Numbered from the stretch's first letter, positions 9,675 through 20,013 are shown. The stretch is DNA of 64,000 nucleotides from Microcoleus sp. (GCA_052279835.1 CP181291.1:4544001-4608000), one strand, 5' to 3'. Program-made: numbers and translations. Notes: generated by a model from the letters alone, not told the origin.

Positions 9675-10256
9675 CTAACCAGACATCCCCCTCCTAAACT
9701 CTCTCATCGCTTCCACACTCGAAGCCATCAGCAAGCAGCGACACAGTAAATTAATATCTAAATCTGGCAAAACCACACTCGAAGCAATTTTTTCATAACC
9801 CTCAGCACCCAGGCGATACATAGCCAGTGTACAATCCTCCCAGAACCAGACTTCAGGCACTCCCAATACTCGATAGCGCTGCAATTTTTTAACAGTACCG
9901 CTAGTGAAGACAACCTCTACGGATAAATCGGGAGGAGTTCCAGTTGACCTACCAATAAGATATGATTCATCAGCTTGTGCTGAAGCTTCGCCTTCTGTTT
10001 CTAGAGTACGGCTTCCTGTAGGTTTAAATTCAATGTCTTTGATATCAAAGTAAAGAGCCAAAAGAATAGTGAGGGTACGACTTATTGCTTCGTGTTCTTC
10101 TGAAACTGCCAAGATTTCCACCTCTCCTTTGTAATAAAATAACCTGATGCCAGGTGAGTCAGAAAACCCCTGTTCAATTAGTTTGAACTGTTCCCAGCTA
10201 ATCCCGGAGTGAATGAACCTTTGGTCTAGTGGCTTTAAAAGTGTCTGTGCTATCAT
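9675..10256 (-). CDS. Uma2 family (DUF820) endonuclease
   Basis: QADESY, PPDLSVEVV, YRVLGVPEVWFW. Confidence 0.85.
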   Translation of the reverse strand: MIAQTLLKPLDQRFIHSGISWEQFKLIEQGFSDSPGIRLFYYKGEVEILAVSEEHEAISRTLTILLALYFDIKDIEFKPTGSRTLETEGEASAQADESYLIGRSTGTPPDLSVEVVFTSGTVKKLQRYRVLGVPEVWFWEDCTLAMYRLGAEGYEKIASSVVLPDLDINLLCRCLLMASSVEAMREFRRGMSG

Positions 10257-10391
10257 CGGAACCTCAATCAAGCTTCAGCCTTATTGTTATTATCACATTC
10301 AATCAAAACAGTCTAAATTCTACTCCACGCCCAGGGTACAAACTTGCAATAATAGTCTCAATCCCTAATTATAGAACCAACCACCACCTCC

Positions 10392-10580
10392 ATGAACAGC
10401 AACATCAGCCCGATCGTCAAAGTATTTACCCTCTCCGCCGTCCTTTCCGTCGCCATCAAGTACGCAGGGCCTAGCTTATCCATCCCCTCCACGGACTTAA
10501 ATGCCCTAATCGCCGTCCTTTCCCCCAGCCTGATTGTAGCTGCTATTCTGGGCTGGCGGGCATGGCAACAGCCAAGATAG
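10392..10580 (+). CDS. Small two-TM membrane protein
   Basis: 62 aa with two hydrophobic helices, SVAIKYAGP motif. Confidence 0.6.
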   Translation: MNSNISPIVKVFTLSAVLSVAIKYAGPSLSIPSTDLNALIAVLSPSLIVAAILGWRAWQQPR

Positions 10581-10667
10581 GGGATTAAGGCCGATCGCCC
10601 CCAAAGACAAGTTAAATTAAGCTAGGAACCTTCCATCCCCACCCAGATAAATGAGACAGACAATCAA

Positions 10668-11197
10668 ATGGATCTAACCACCTTAAATCTCAAGCCCTTA
10701 AATTTGCTAATTTTTCCTGACTGGAACCAACTAGAAGAATCACTTTATTTAGAATTAGAACTAATTATCAGGAATCTTGTCAATCATCCCGATCGCGATT
10801 TTCTCACTCTGGTAATAGATGGCAGCGAAACTTTAGAAGAATCAGAGTTAGATGCCAGTCTAATTATATCAGCAATTGTCCTGAATCTATTCATGGAAGA
10901 AGATTTAGATACTAGCTGCGAACCAGAAATTATTTTATTAGAAAACTTCAATCAAAGCCAGTGGCTGGATATTTTGCCATATATTCAATATCGAACAGTG
11001 GCACTTTATGGTTAACTGGCTGGTTGCGTTATTGTAACCATAAACAATTTGAAGTTTACTGTTACTACACGGGTAACGATCCAGATCCAGTTACAGAACA
11101 ATTTCGCCAATATAGCACAGAATTTCGCGACATTCCCCACAATCTAGAAGCCGTATGTCAACAAATTATTGATGACAAGACGATCGAGTTTGCGTGA
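10668..11197 (+). pseudogene. Deleted/frameshifted remnant of an NLLIFPDW-module GT41 glycosyltransferase
   Basis: 10668-11015 matches the C-terminal module of 322-3306; the overlapping frame encodes a GT41-like piece (WLTGWLRYCNHKQFEVYCYY...QQIIDDK) that ends abruptly. Confidence 0.65.
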
Positions 11198-11403
11198 CTG
11201 CGTTAGAGGCTTTTTATCAAGAAGTTGTTCGAGAAAAACTTAAACAGTTGACAGTGGACAGTAGACAGTAGGGGCGGTGCCCCCGTGCCCGCCCTCTTAA
11301 TTGACTGTTACCCTCGAAAATCGCCCTGAAAATTCGTCTGACGCACCCTACAAGTCTTATAATATAAGTTAGGGCGATCATAAGCAAACTCAAGGCACTC
11401 ACC

Positions 11404-12021
11404 ATGATTCAAACCATCACAGAATTAGTAACATTCGATGAATTCATTGACTGGTATCCTGAGAATTCAGAATATCACTACGAACTACATAATGGAGAAA
11501 TTATTGAAATGCCAAAAGCAACAGGCAAACATTCTAAAGTGTCCGGTTTTACAGCGCTGAAGGTAGGAATTGAGATTGAGCGTCTAAACCTACCCTACTT
11601 CATCCCCAAAGAAGCCGTCATCAAACCCATGCGCGAGGAATCTGGGTATGAACCAGATATTATTGTACTCAACGAACAAACGATTGGAAATGAGCCGCGA
11701 TGGGAAAAATCATCAATTATTACAATAGGTTCATCAGTCCCCCTAATCGTAGAGGTAACTAGCACTAATTGGGAAGATGATTATGCTCGCAAACTAGAGG
11801 CTTACGAATTAATGGGAATCCAAGAATATTGGATTATAGATTATCTAGGATTGGGTGGGAGACGGTTTATTGGTAATCCCAAACAACCTACTTTTTCGGT
11901 TTATCAACTCGTAGACGGGGAATACCAAGTTAAACTGTTCAGAAATTGCGATCGCATTGAATCCCCAATTTTCCCAGAATTGAACCTGACACCAGAACAG
12001 GTTTTCGCCAAAGGGAAATGA
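11404..12021 (+). CDS. Uma2 family endonuclease
   Basis: YELHNGEIIEMP, GYEPDIIV, VEVTSTNW, GIQEYWIID. Confidence 0.88.
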   Translation: MIQTITELVTFDEFIDWYPENSEYHYELHNGEIIEMPKATGKHSKVSGFTALKVGIEIERLNLPYFIPKEAVIKPMREESGYEPDIIVLNEQTIGNEPRWEKSSIITIGSSVPLIVEVTSTNWEDDYARKLEAYELMGIQEYWIIDYLGLGGRRFIGNPKQPTFSVYQLVDGEYQVKLFRNCDRIESPIFPELNLTPEQVFAKGK

Positions 12022-12121
12022 GCAGCCTGCTTCCTGTGGTGTTAGAGTAGAGTTATTTTTGAAAGATGCGATTCTCAAATCGCACAGCAAATCCCTATTC
12101 CAATCTAAAATCTCAAACCAA

Positions 12122-13285
12122 ATGAAGCTAGGACAATGGATGGGCTTATTAGCCCTGATCGCATCTTGTTACATACTTTGGCAAATCAGGCAAGCCTTAC
12201 TGCTGCTATTTGCCGCAGTCGTCTTAGCCACAGCCTTAAATAGGCTAGCACGGTACTTACAGAAATTCCGGCTCAAAAGATCGATCGCAGTCTTACTTTC
12301 AATTAGCTTCCTAGTCCTGATATTCGTAGGCTTATTTCTAATTATTGTACCACCCTTTACTCAACAGTTTCAACAACTGACCCAAAGAGCGCCTCAAGGA
12401 ATAGCCAAATTAAATGAGTGGATCGATCAGATTGAAACTCGCTTTTCTGGACAATTTGGTCAGCGGCTGCCAAATCTTGATGTTAACGACATCATGCAAC
12501 AACTACAACCTTTATTCAACCAACTCGTTGGCGGTGCAGGAGCTTTTGTCGGGAACACATTAGGAGTTATCCTCAGTTTTTTGCTAGTCCTAGTTTTGAC
12601 GTTAATGACATTAGCAGAACCTCTCTCTTATCGGAAAGCATTTATCCAACTATTTCCTTCTTTTTATCGGCGTAGAGTCGATGGCATCTTAGATGAATGC
12701 GAAATAGCTCTGGGTCGATGGGCGATCGGTGCTTTAATTAGCATGAGCGTCATCACTCTTCTGAGCTTAATTGGTTTATCAGTATTGAAAGTTCCCTTAG
12801 CCCTCGCTCACGCTGTAGTAGCCGGTTTACTGAATTTAATACCAAATATCGGGCCTGGTTTGAGCGTGATTCCTCCCATGACGATCGCACTTTTAGACTC
12901 TCCGTTAAAATCCGGTTTAGTCCTACTCCTGTACTTTCTAATTCAACAATTTGAAAGTAACCTCCTCACCCCTTACGTTATGGCACAACAAGTATCGCTA
13001 CTACCCGCTGTCACCTTAATAGCTCAAGTATTTTTCGCTACATTCTTTGGATTTTTAGGACTATTGCTTGCCCTTCCCCTCACCGTTGTCGCTCAAGTTT
13101 GGATTAGAGAAGTCTTAATTAAAGACATTCTCAACCAGTGGCAGACAAGTCCCACAAAGCTAGCAGCGATTAATTCTGCTATTGAGGAGGAATATCAATC
13201 TATAGGAGTAATACATAGTCAACCAGAAAGTCTGCCAGAACAAAAAACAGACATCCCAAACAATACAGATGATTCTGGGGTTTAA
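12122..13285 (+). CDS. AI-2E (UPF0118/PerM) family transporter
   Basis: Multi-TM; LLNLIPNIGP, IQQFESNLLTPYVM, GFLGLLLALP. Confidence 0.88.
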   Translation: MKLGQWMGLLALIASCYILWQIRQALLLLFAAVVLATALNRLARYLQKFRLKRSIAVLLSISFLVLIFVGLFLIIVPPFTQQFQQLTQRAPQGIAKLNEWIDQIETRFSGQFGQRLPNLDVNDIMQQLQPLFNQLVGGAGAFVGNTLGVILSFLLVLVLTLMTLAEPLSYRKAFIQLFPSFYRRRVDGILDECEIALGRWAIGALISMSVITLLSLIGLSVLKVPLALAHAVVAGLLNLIPNIGPGLSVIPPMTIALLDSPLKSGLVLLLYFLIQQFESNLLTPYVMAQQVSLLPAVTLIAQVFFATFFGFLGLLLALPLTVVAQVWIREVLIKDILNQWQTSPTKLAAINSAIEEEYQSIGVIHSQPESLPEQKTDIPNNTDDSGV

Positions 13286-13429
13286 ACCGCTGTCGAGAGT
13301 CAAACGAATTCTGCCGAGGCAGACTAATAAATAAAAGGAGTATTTAAGCCGGATTGGGTATTATTCCGCGCAGGCAGATTGTATGTGTGCAGCCGCGACT
13401 TCACTCGCCGAGGTAAAAAAAATAGCATT

Positions 13430-14056
13430 TTAAACCTCATCTCGTCCAGCACTAAAAATCTGTTTAACAGTCAAATTAATTTGGGGAAATGTCGGCGATA
13501 AAATCCGATCGTCTCCCCGAAACAGACTGGACTGATATTCGCCATCAACCAAATGGTGAACCAAAAAAGTAGGTTGTTTCGGATTGCCAATATAGCGTGT
13601 GCCACCTAGTCCCAAATAGTCGGCAATCCAGTATTCAGCAATGCCCAAAGCCTCATAATCAACCAATTTATAGCCGTAATCATCCCGCCAATTGGTACTG
13701 ACAACTTCGACAATTAGCCGAACAGAACTACCCATTGTAATAATAGATTGCTTTTTCCATCTCGGTTCGCCGTCCGTCCCTTGTCTGTCCAAAACAATCG
13801 CATCCGGTTCGTAACCAGATAGCTGATTATCAGCTTTAACCACGCATTCTTTGGGAACGAAGTAGGGAAGTCCCTGTCGTTTGATCTCAAAGTTGAGCTC
13901 AGCGATCAGGAAACCAGATACTTCTGAATGCTCTCCGGTGGCTTTAGGCATTTCAACAATTGCTCCATTGTGCAGTTCGTAACGGTTTTCCGAATTTTCT
14001 GGATACCAGTCAATAAATTCATCGAAACTGACTGATTTTAATATCGCTGGAGTCAT
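13430..14056 (-). CDS. Uma2 family endonuclease (paralog of 11404-12021)
   Basis: FDEFIDWYPENSE, GYEPDAIV, VEVVSTNW. Confidence 0.88.
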   Translation of the reverse strand: MTPAILKSVSFDEFIDWYPENSENRYELHNGAIVEMPKATGEHSEVSGFLIAELNFEIKRQGLPYFVPKECVVKADNQLSGYEPDAIVLDRQGTDGEPRWKKQSIITMGSSVRLIVEVVSTNWRDDYGYKLVDYEALGIAEYWIADYLGLGGTRYIGNPKQPTFLVHHLVDGEYQSSLFRGDDRILSPTFPQINLTVKQIFSAGRDEV

Positions 14057-14180
14057 GGCGATCGCCCTTTATTTGATTTATGATAATATTCTGATATTCA
14101 TTATAATATTGCTTTTATTTGAAACACCAAACCCCAGGGACAATTCACGAATCTCAAACCTAAAATATAAATAAAATTGT

Positions 14181-15359
14181 ATGATGCGAACGATCGACGA
14201 AATCAACGATAAAATCACTCAAGGCAAAGCCACAGTCTGGACCATCGAAGAACTCAAAAACCGAGTCCAAGAAACCAGCATTACCCAAGCGGCGAAAGAA
14301 GTCGATGTCATCACCACAGGCACCTTCGAGCCAATGGAATCATCAGGGGCAATTATCAACCTCGGCCACACAGATCCCCCCATAAAAATCCGCCAGTGCT
14401 GGCTAGACGGCGTTCTAGCCTACTCCGGCTTTGGTGCAGTAGACCTGTACCTAGGAGCCACCCAAGTAGCCGAAGACGGCGAAGAATCCCGCGAAAGAGG
14501 CGGCGGACACGTCATCGAAGACCTGATTGCGGGGAAACCCGTACAATTGCGCGCCCTCGGACAAGTAACAGACTGCTACCCCCGCAGCTCCTTTGAAACC
14601 ACAATTACCCGCGATACCATCAACCAGTTTTATTTATTCAATCCCCGGAACGTATATCAAAACTTTATTGTTGGTGTCAATGGGGGCGATCGACCACTAT
14701 TCACCTACCTAGGGCCCCTACAAGCAAACCTAGGCAACGCCGTCTATTCCAGCCTAGGAGCCATGTCCCCCCTGCTGAACGACCCCGACCTCGAAACCAT
14801 CGGGATTGGCACGCGCATCTTCCTAGGAGGCGCTCAGGGCTACATCACCTGGGAAGGAACCCAGCACTTCCCCCTGCAAAAACGCCAGCCCAACCGCACC
14901 CCCATCGGACCGGCGGCAACCCTAGCACTCATCGGCGATGCAAAACAGATGAACTCCAAATGGGTACGCGGGTGCTACTTCAAAAACTACGGCCCATCAA
15001 TCATGCTGGGAATCGGCATCCCATTTCCTGTCTTAAACGAAACCGTCGTTGCCCACTGTGCAGTATCAGACAAAAAAATAGTAGCGCCGGTGGTAGATTT
15101 CTCAATCCCCCGGCGCGTGCGTCCCACTTTTGGTTTAGTTAGCTATGCCCAATTAAAAACAGGTCGCATTTTGATAGAGGGCAAACCCGTGCGGACTGCC
15201 CCCCTAGCAAGTATGTTTCTGTCCCGACAAGTAGCTTTGGAATTGAAACAGCAAATTGAAACTGGTCAGTTTACTCTCACCGCACCAGTTGCTCCTCTGC
15301 CAGCAGACAGAGTATTTCTGCCACAGGATGTGTGGGGGGCGCAAGTTAGATTGGAATAG
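14181..15359 (+). CDS. DUF39 homocysteine-biosynthesis (aspartate-semialdehyde sulfurtransferase-like) protein
   Basis: RTIDEINDKI, VDVITTGTFEPMESSG, GGGHVIEDLIAGK. Confidence 0.8.
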   Translation: MMRTIDEINDKITQGKATVWTIEELKNRVQETSITQAAKEVDVITTGTFEPMESSGAIINLGHTDPPIKIRQCWLDGVLAYSGFGAVDLYLGATQVAEDGEESRERGGGHVIEDLIAGKPVQLRALGQVTDCYPRSSFETTITRDTINQFYLFNPRNVYQNFIVGVNGGDRPLFTYLGPLQANLGNAVYSSLGAMSPLLNDPDLETIGIGTRIFLGGAQGYITWEGTQHFPLQKRQPNRTPIGPAATLALIGDAKQMNSKWVRGCYFKNYGPSIMLGIGIPFPVLNETVVAHCAVSDKKIVAPVVDFSIPRRVRPTFGLVSYAQLKTGRILIEGKPVRTAPLASMFLSRQVALELKQQIETGQFTLTAPVAPLPADRVFLPQDVWGAQVRLE

Positions 15360-15397
15360 ACCAGTCCTGGACGCAGAAACAGAATTTTTGGCAGGAA

Positions 15398-16639
15398 TCA
15401 CTCCTCAACAGGCTTAGGTTTCTTCATTGGTTTAGGAAGGGGTTCCTTACGAGGAGGGGGCGCGGAGGCTGAGGGCTTGATGTTTGGACGCCCTACAGGA
15501 GTGCCATCACCAGTGGGTCTAGGAGTATATGGACGTTTATTTCCGCCGCCTCGGAAGCCTGCGGGTTTTTCGCCAGGGGGGAATTTCCGCTTTTTGATCG
15601 GCAGTGCCCCAATATTATTAGCCTGCTGAATTATGAGATTGTCAGCCTGTAACTTGACATGGAAATCCCAAAAAAACCCGATCGCCTTTGTGGCTAAATC
15701 CCCCTGAAGTTTCAACTTAAAAAACTTCATCTTGTCCTCATTCTTGCGGGGAGCTTGCTTAATTTTGACGATGACATACTTTTCTCGATCGTGAGATTGA
15801 TAGATAACCTCACCTCTAATCGAAAAATAGCCATCTTCAACATTAGGTTCAGACTCTGGGAGAGAGGGGATGGAGGATATTAAACTGCTCTCAATTTCGC
15901 CGGAAACAGGACTTTCCTCATCTGAGGAAATTTCCGAAGGTTTTTTGAGTGTTTCAGGTTCCCAGACTCCCATAATCTGGGCGTGTAAGTTACCATCTTC
16001 TTGCCTGGTGCGGGGATAGACCACCCACAGGTGTTCTTGTTCCAAATCCAAGTGATTTTTGACTAAACTCATGACTCTACCCAGCAAAACCGCGTCTATG
16101 GCAGTTCCGTCAGCAGCGATGAGCATACCCCGCGTGAAATGTTCTTCAGATTGGGTGTAGCGGCCCCGGACCAAACCAACAGCTCGGTACTGTCTGGGTT
16201 CGCTGGGGGGAGGAATCGGATGTTGGCGCATCACTGCGGGTATGTCATCGGTGGCTGAACTGTCCTGCTCAGCAGAGTCTGGTGTGACGGTGGGCGATAC
16301 AGAGACTGCTGGAGTATCGCCGGTAGATGGAGAAGGGGGTGCTGGCTCTGAGAGTGCGGGAGCATCCCTAGGTGGATCTTTTGGCTTTGCTTCCTCCTTG
16401 GGGGGAGAAGTGTAGCGTGGTCGTTGCAGAGTGTCCTTGGATGCTGGGGCATCAGTTGCCGTTGGCAGTTGATTTTGGTCAACCGGTGCTGCCAACAGCT
16501 CTGGCTGTGGACTTTCCTCTGGTGTCTCAGGAACGGAAACTGTATCTTTGGGCGGATTGACGGCCAGTTCGCGAGGCTGAGCCTTGCGAGTTGAAGTAGA
16601 TTTGGGCGATTTGGAAGAGCGGTTTGGAGAGGGGTTCAT
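15398..16639 (-). CDS. Conserved cyanobacterial hypothetical protein with Pro-rich disordered termini
   Basis: Long ORF; core HPIPPPSEPRQYRAVG...WVVYPRT; GGAG RBS. Confidence 0.7.
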   Translation of the reverse strand: MNPSPNRSSKSPKSTSTRKAQPRELAVNPPKDTVSVPETPEESPQPELLAAPVDQNQLPTATDAPASKDTLQRPRYTSPPKEEAKPKDPPRDAPALSEPAPPSPSTGDTPAVSVSPTVTPDSAEQDSSATDDIPAVMRQHPIPPPSEPRQYRAVGLVRGRYTQSEEHFTRGMLIAADGTAIDAVLLGRVMSLVKNHLDLEQEHLWVVYPRTRQEDGNLHAQIMGVWEPETLKKPSEISSDEESPVSGEIESSLISSIPSLPESEPNVEDGYFSIRGEVIYQSHDREKYVIVKIKQAPRKNEDKMKFFKLKLQGDLATKAIGFFWDFHVKLQADNLIIQQANNIGALPIKKRKFPPGEKPAGFRGGGNKRPYTPRPTGDGTPVGRPNIKPSASAPPPRKEPLPKPMKKPKPVEE

Positions 16640-17210
16640 AAAAACTCCTTGCAGCGGAGACACATCCCTTGAGGGAAATTAGGAATAAACTGAAGACACT
16701 GCTTTCAAAACTACTAGCACCTTACAGGCGAGCACAGGGCTCTCTGGTCTGGTTGTGACCCGTCAACCCCAACTTTCAAGGGGTCGTAGAGTGTCGAGCG
16801 GTCCGTTGGCTGCTAAAATCCTTGTTGGTAAAGACTTTAGGAGTTGCTGACCGATCGTCAGTTCGATCGCCCTGTGGTTGGAGTTGCTGGCTAATAGCAT
16901 TTAGGATATTCAGCTTGCCTATTTTACTTAATCCAATTACCGAACGGGCTGATCCGCCATATTTTTGGTAATTTTTAGCTACACCAGACTAAATTGGACA
17001 GAGGGCGCAATCCTTGGGGCTGCGGGTCTGAGTGTCCAAAATTGTTTAGCTAGCATGAAGTTGTGGGTCTGTTACCATATTAGCTGCAAGCAAAAGATTG
17101 CTTTGTCACAGTTGGGCCCTAAAATTAAAAACCTGATGGACTTGGCTTAGGCACCAGGTGATGCCTTCAATGTCCGAAAATAGTAAATTTTAAGCTGAAC
17201 AAGTTGAATT

Positions 17211-18143
17211 ATGGATAAAACAAACAAGGGTCGTGGGTTGATTACTGTGGTGGTGGTGCTGTCCCTCATCGCTTTTTTGGGATTTTCTCTGGTCCCACTT
17301 TTGGACAGCATTCTCAAGGGAAGCCAAGCCCAAACTAGGTCAACTCCAACGCCTACTCAGACGGCTGCAAGTGGGGAAAAGCAATCAGAGTTACTGCAAG
17401 CTCAGGCGAGGGGTTACGAATTGGTTTTGCAGCGCGAGGCAGACAATGTAACTGCTTTGCGAGGCCTATTACAGGTGCGGCTGGAATTGATCGGACAAGG
17501 AGTGGGGGACATTAAAGATGTGGTGCCTCCTTTGGAAAAGTTGGCTAAGTTGAATCCTGAAACTACTGAATACGGGATTTTACTAGCTCAGGCTAAGGAA
17601 CGCACGGGCGATCGCGAAGGTGCGGCGCAGGCATACCGGGCTATTTTGGCCGCTAAGCCAGGGGAAATTAAGGCTTTGCAGGGGTTGGTGAATTTGTTGT
17701 TAGTGCAGCAGCGGCCCGAAGCTGCGATCGGACTGCTGCAAGATACGCTCAAAGCTGCTCCGGCTGCGAATCAGGCAAAACCGGAAAGTATCGATACAAC
17801 TTCGGTGCAGTTGATTTTGGGACAGGTTTATGCTGTCGGGAAGCGATTTGACGAGGCGATCGCGATTTATGACGAATCTGCCAAAGCTAATCCCAAGGAT
17901 TTTCGCCCGACTCTAGGAAAGGCGATCGTATTTAAAGAACAGGGCAAAAAAGATGAAGCAAAAACCCTATTTGCTAAGGCTACAGAGTTAGCTCCTCCTA
18001 ACTATAAAGACCAAATCAATCAGTTAGCTAGCGATACTCCCAAGCCTTCAGCACCCGCTGCTGCAACTCCCAAACCTGGGACTTCATCAACTCCTGAATC
18101 GACCGCTTCACCGAGTCCTGAAGGTTCACTACCTAAGCCTTAA
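17211..18143 (+). CDS. Membrane-anchored TPR protein
   Basis: N-terminal TM followed by TPR helices. Confidence 0.8.
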   Translation: MDKTNKGRGLITVVVVLSLIAFLGFSLVPLLDSILKGSQAQTRSTPTPTQTAASGEKQSELLQAQARGYELVLQREADNVTALRGLLQVRLELIGQGVGDIKDVVPPLEKLAKLNPETTEYGILLAQAKERTGDREGAAQAYRAILAAKPGEIKALQGLVNLLLVQQRPEAAIGLLQDTLKAAPAANQAKPESIDTTSVQLILGQVYAVGKRFDEAIAIYDESAKANPKDFRPTLGKAIVFKEQGKKDEAKTLFAKATELAPPNYKDQINQLASDTPKPSAPAAATPKPGTSSTPESTASPSPEGSLPKP

Positions 18144-18351
18144 GGATAGTTTTGAGTTTTGAGTGCGTGAGTTTTGAGTTCAAGAGTTTAAAATTCAAGC
18201 ACTTACTTCCTTCTTCTTACTTCTTCCTTCGTGTCCTTCGCGTCTTCGCGGTTAAATAATTCTTCTAGTCCCAACGCACTAAAACTAGAACACTCTCTCC
18301 ATCTAAAATCTAAAATCGGATTGCCAATTCGATCGAACCTGGGAGGAAATT

Positions 18352-19242
18352 ATGATTCAGAGCATTGATGGCGTTGTGCTACCTTCTGCTTTTCCAGACC
18401 ACACTCAATTACCAGAGTCGGATGGTACTTTTGTGAAAAATTTTCAGGAGCATCCACAAAGTTTAATTTTAACTGATTCGATCGGACCAATTTTGCAGGA
18501 ACGGCATCCCGATGGCCAATATGCGATCGGTCAAGACTGCGGCATTTACTGGCGAGAAACCGAGCCACCGGAAAAAGGTGCAGAAGCTCCTGATTGGTTT
18601 TACCTTCCCAATGTACCTCCTAATATTGACGGTCAAATTCGCCGTTCCTACGTGCTGTGGCGAGAACACATAGCACCGTTAATTGCGTTGGAATTTGCGA
18701 GTGGCAATGGGGATGAAGAGCGCGATCGTACTCCTTTATCGCGCACTGATGAAGGGCTAATAACGAAACCCGGCAAGTTTTGGGTGTACGAGCGGGTAAT
18801 GCGAATTCCCTATTACGGCATCTATGAAATTAACAGCGGCAGATTAGAAGTCTATCGATTGATTGATGGGTATTATCAACGGTTAGAACTAAATCAACGC
18901 GGTCATTTTCCTATTACATCTTTAGGCGTAGAATTGGGACTTTGGCAAGGCAGTTATCAAAATCAAACTATGCTTTGGCTCCGCTGGTGGGACGAGGAAG
19001 GTAATTTGCTGTTGATTGGCGATGAAAGAGCAGAATTGGAGAAATTGCGAGGGGAACAACAGCGGGAAATAGCCGAACAAGAAAGATTGCGGGCCGACAG
19101 TGCAGAGCAGGCACAACAAGCTGAATTTCAGGCAAGAAGGGATGCAATTCCCCGGTTGTTGGGAATGGGTTTGAGTGCCGAACAAGTGGCGGAGGCGTTA
19201 AGTTTATCTGTGGAGGAAGTTGCGGATGATGTTGGCGGGTGA
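18352..19242 (+). CDS. Uma2 family endonuclease with coiled-coil/HTH tail
   Basis: LPESDG, APDWFY, LEFASG, IPYYGIYE, WLRWWD. Confidence 0.88.
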   Translation: MIQSIDGVVLPSAFPDHTQLPESDGTFVKNFQEHPQSLILTDSIGPILQERHPDGQYAIGQDCGIYWRETEPPEKGAEAPDWFYLPNVPPNIDGQIRRSYVLWREHIAPLIALEFASGNGDEERDRTPLSRTDEGLITKPGKFWVYERVMRIPYYGIYEINSGRLEVYRLIDGYYQRLELNQRGHFPITSLGVELGLWQGSYQNQTMLWLRWWDEEGNLLLIGDERAELEKLRGEQQREIAEQERLRADSAEQAQQAEFQARRDAIPRLLGMGLSAEQVAEALSLSVEEVADDVGG

Positions 19243-19278
19243 GACAACGAGAGAGAAGGGGGAAAAGGGCGATCGGTA

Positions 19279-19560
19279 TTAATAGACTTCATCGTGGGAA
19301 CCCATTTTGAGCAATAAAATCGCTTCCTCTTCATCTTCAGGATCGATCGCAAACTCAAACAAAATCCGATAATCATAATCTATGGAACACGACCAGATAC
19401 CCGATAAATCTCCTGTGAGTTTGTGAGTTCGCAAGCTGGGGTTAAAGCAGTCTTAAGACAAAAGTTCTAGCGTAGCTTCAATTAAAGGGCGAATCTGAGG
19501 ATTTTTACGAACTAACTTTTTGAAAGTACGAATAGATTTGGGAGTCCAACCAATTTTCAT
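19279..19560 (-). pseudogene. YafQ/RelE-family toxin with an internal nonsense codon
   Basis: Manual translation MKIGWTPKSIRTFKK...LLS*DCFNPSLRTHKLTGDLSGIWSCS...MGSHDEVY; TAA at 19453-19455. Confidence 0.8.
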
Positions 19561-19784
19561 CAATCATCCAACTCCGCCATAAAATCGGCTACCGAACCAA
19601 ATTTAACATTGCCCTCCGCATATTCTTGACGAACTTCTGCCACTTCCTTAAGTAATTCATTTCGTCGCTGTTGTCGCAGACGATTCTGAAGAATATCTAG
19701 AAGCATGGCTTGATCTTCTAATGATAAAACTTCTACAGCTTCAAGAGCTTGCTGGAATTGAGATGTCTGTGTTGTTTTGCTCAT
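19560..19784 (-). CDS. Antitoxin partner of the YafQ-like toxin
   Basis: 74 aa, acidic C-terminus GSVADFMAELDD; TGATG overlap with the toxin. Confidence 0.7.
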   Translation of the reverse strand: MSKTTQTSQFQQALEAVEVLSLEDQAMLLDILQNRLRQQRRNELLKEVAEVRQEYAEGNVKFGSVADFMAELDD

Positions 19785-20013
19785 ATATTATATTTAACTG
19801 TATGATACCGGATAAAAGCAGTATAACACTGCCAAGTTTGCAGTCATCCCCCAGAGTTGAATAAACAGCAAATTCAGTAGATTGTGTTTACTCTTCTGAC
19901 CACGAGATAGGTTGTCCATCGTGTTGATAAGAATAATCTTCTGGCGACGGATCTCCGTCCCAAGGAGGTGCTTTTGCTTACCTCTGGTATTGGTTGCAAT
20001 TTTTATTTCTGAT

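Noticed and set aside
18148..18320. Heptamer runs (gagtttt, tctaaaa; also taatccc at ~30693)
   Set aside because: Ordinary STRR-type repeats of filamentous cyanobacteria
19888..19977. Minus-strand fragment AKAPPWDGDPSPEDYSYQHDGQPISWSEE*
   Set aside because: Looks like a gene tail but has no start and no family I can recognise
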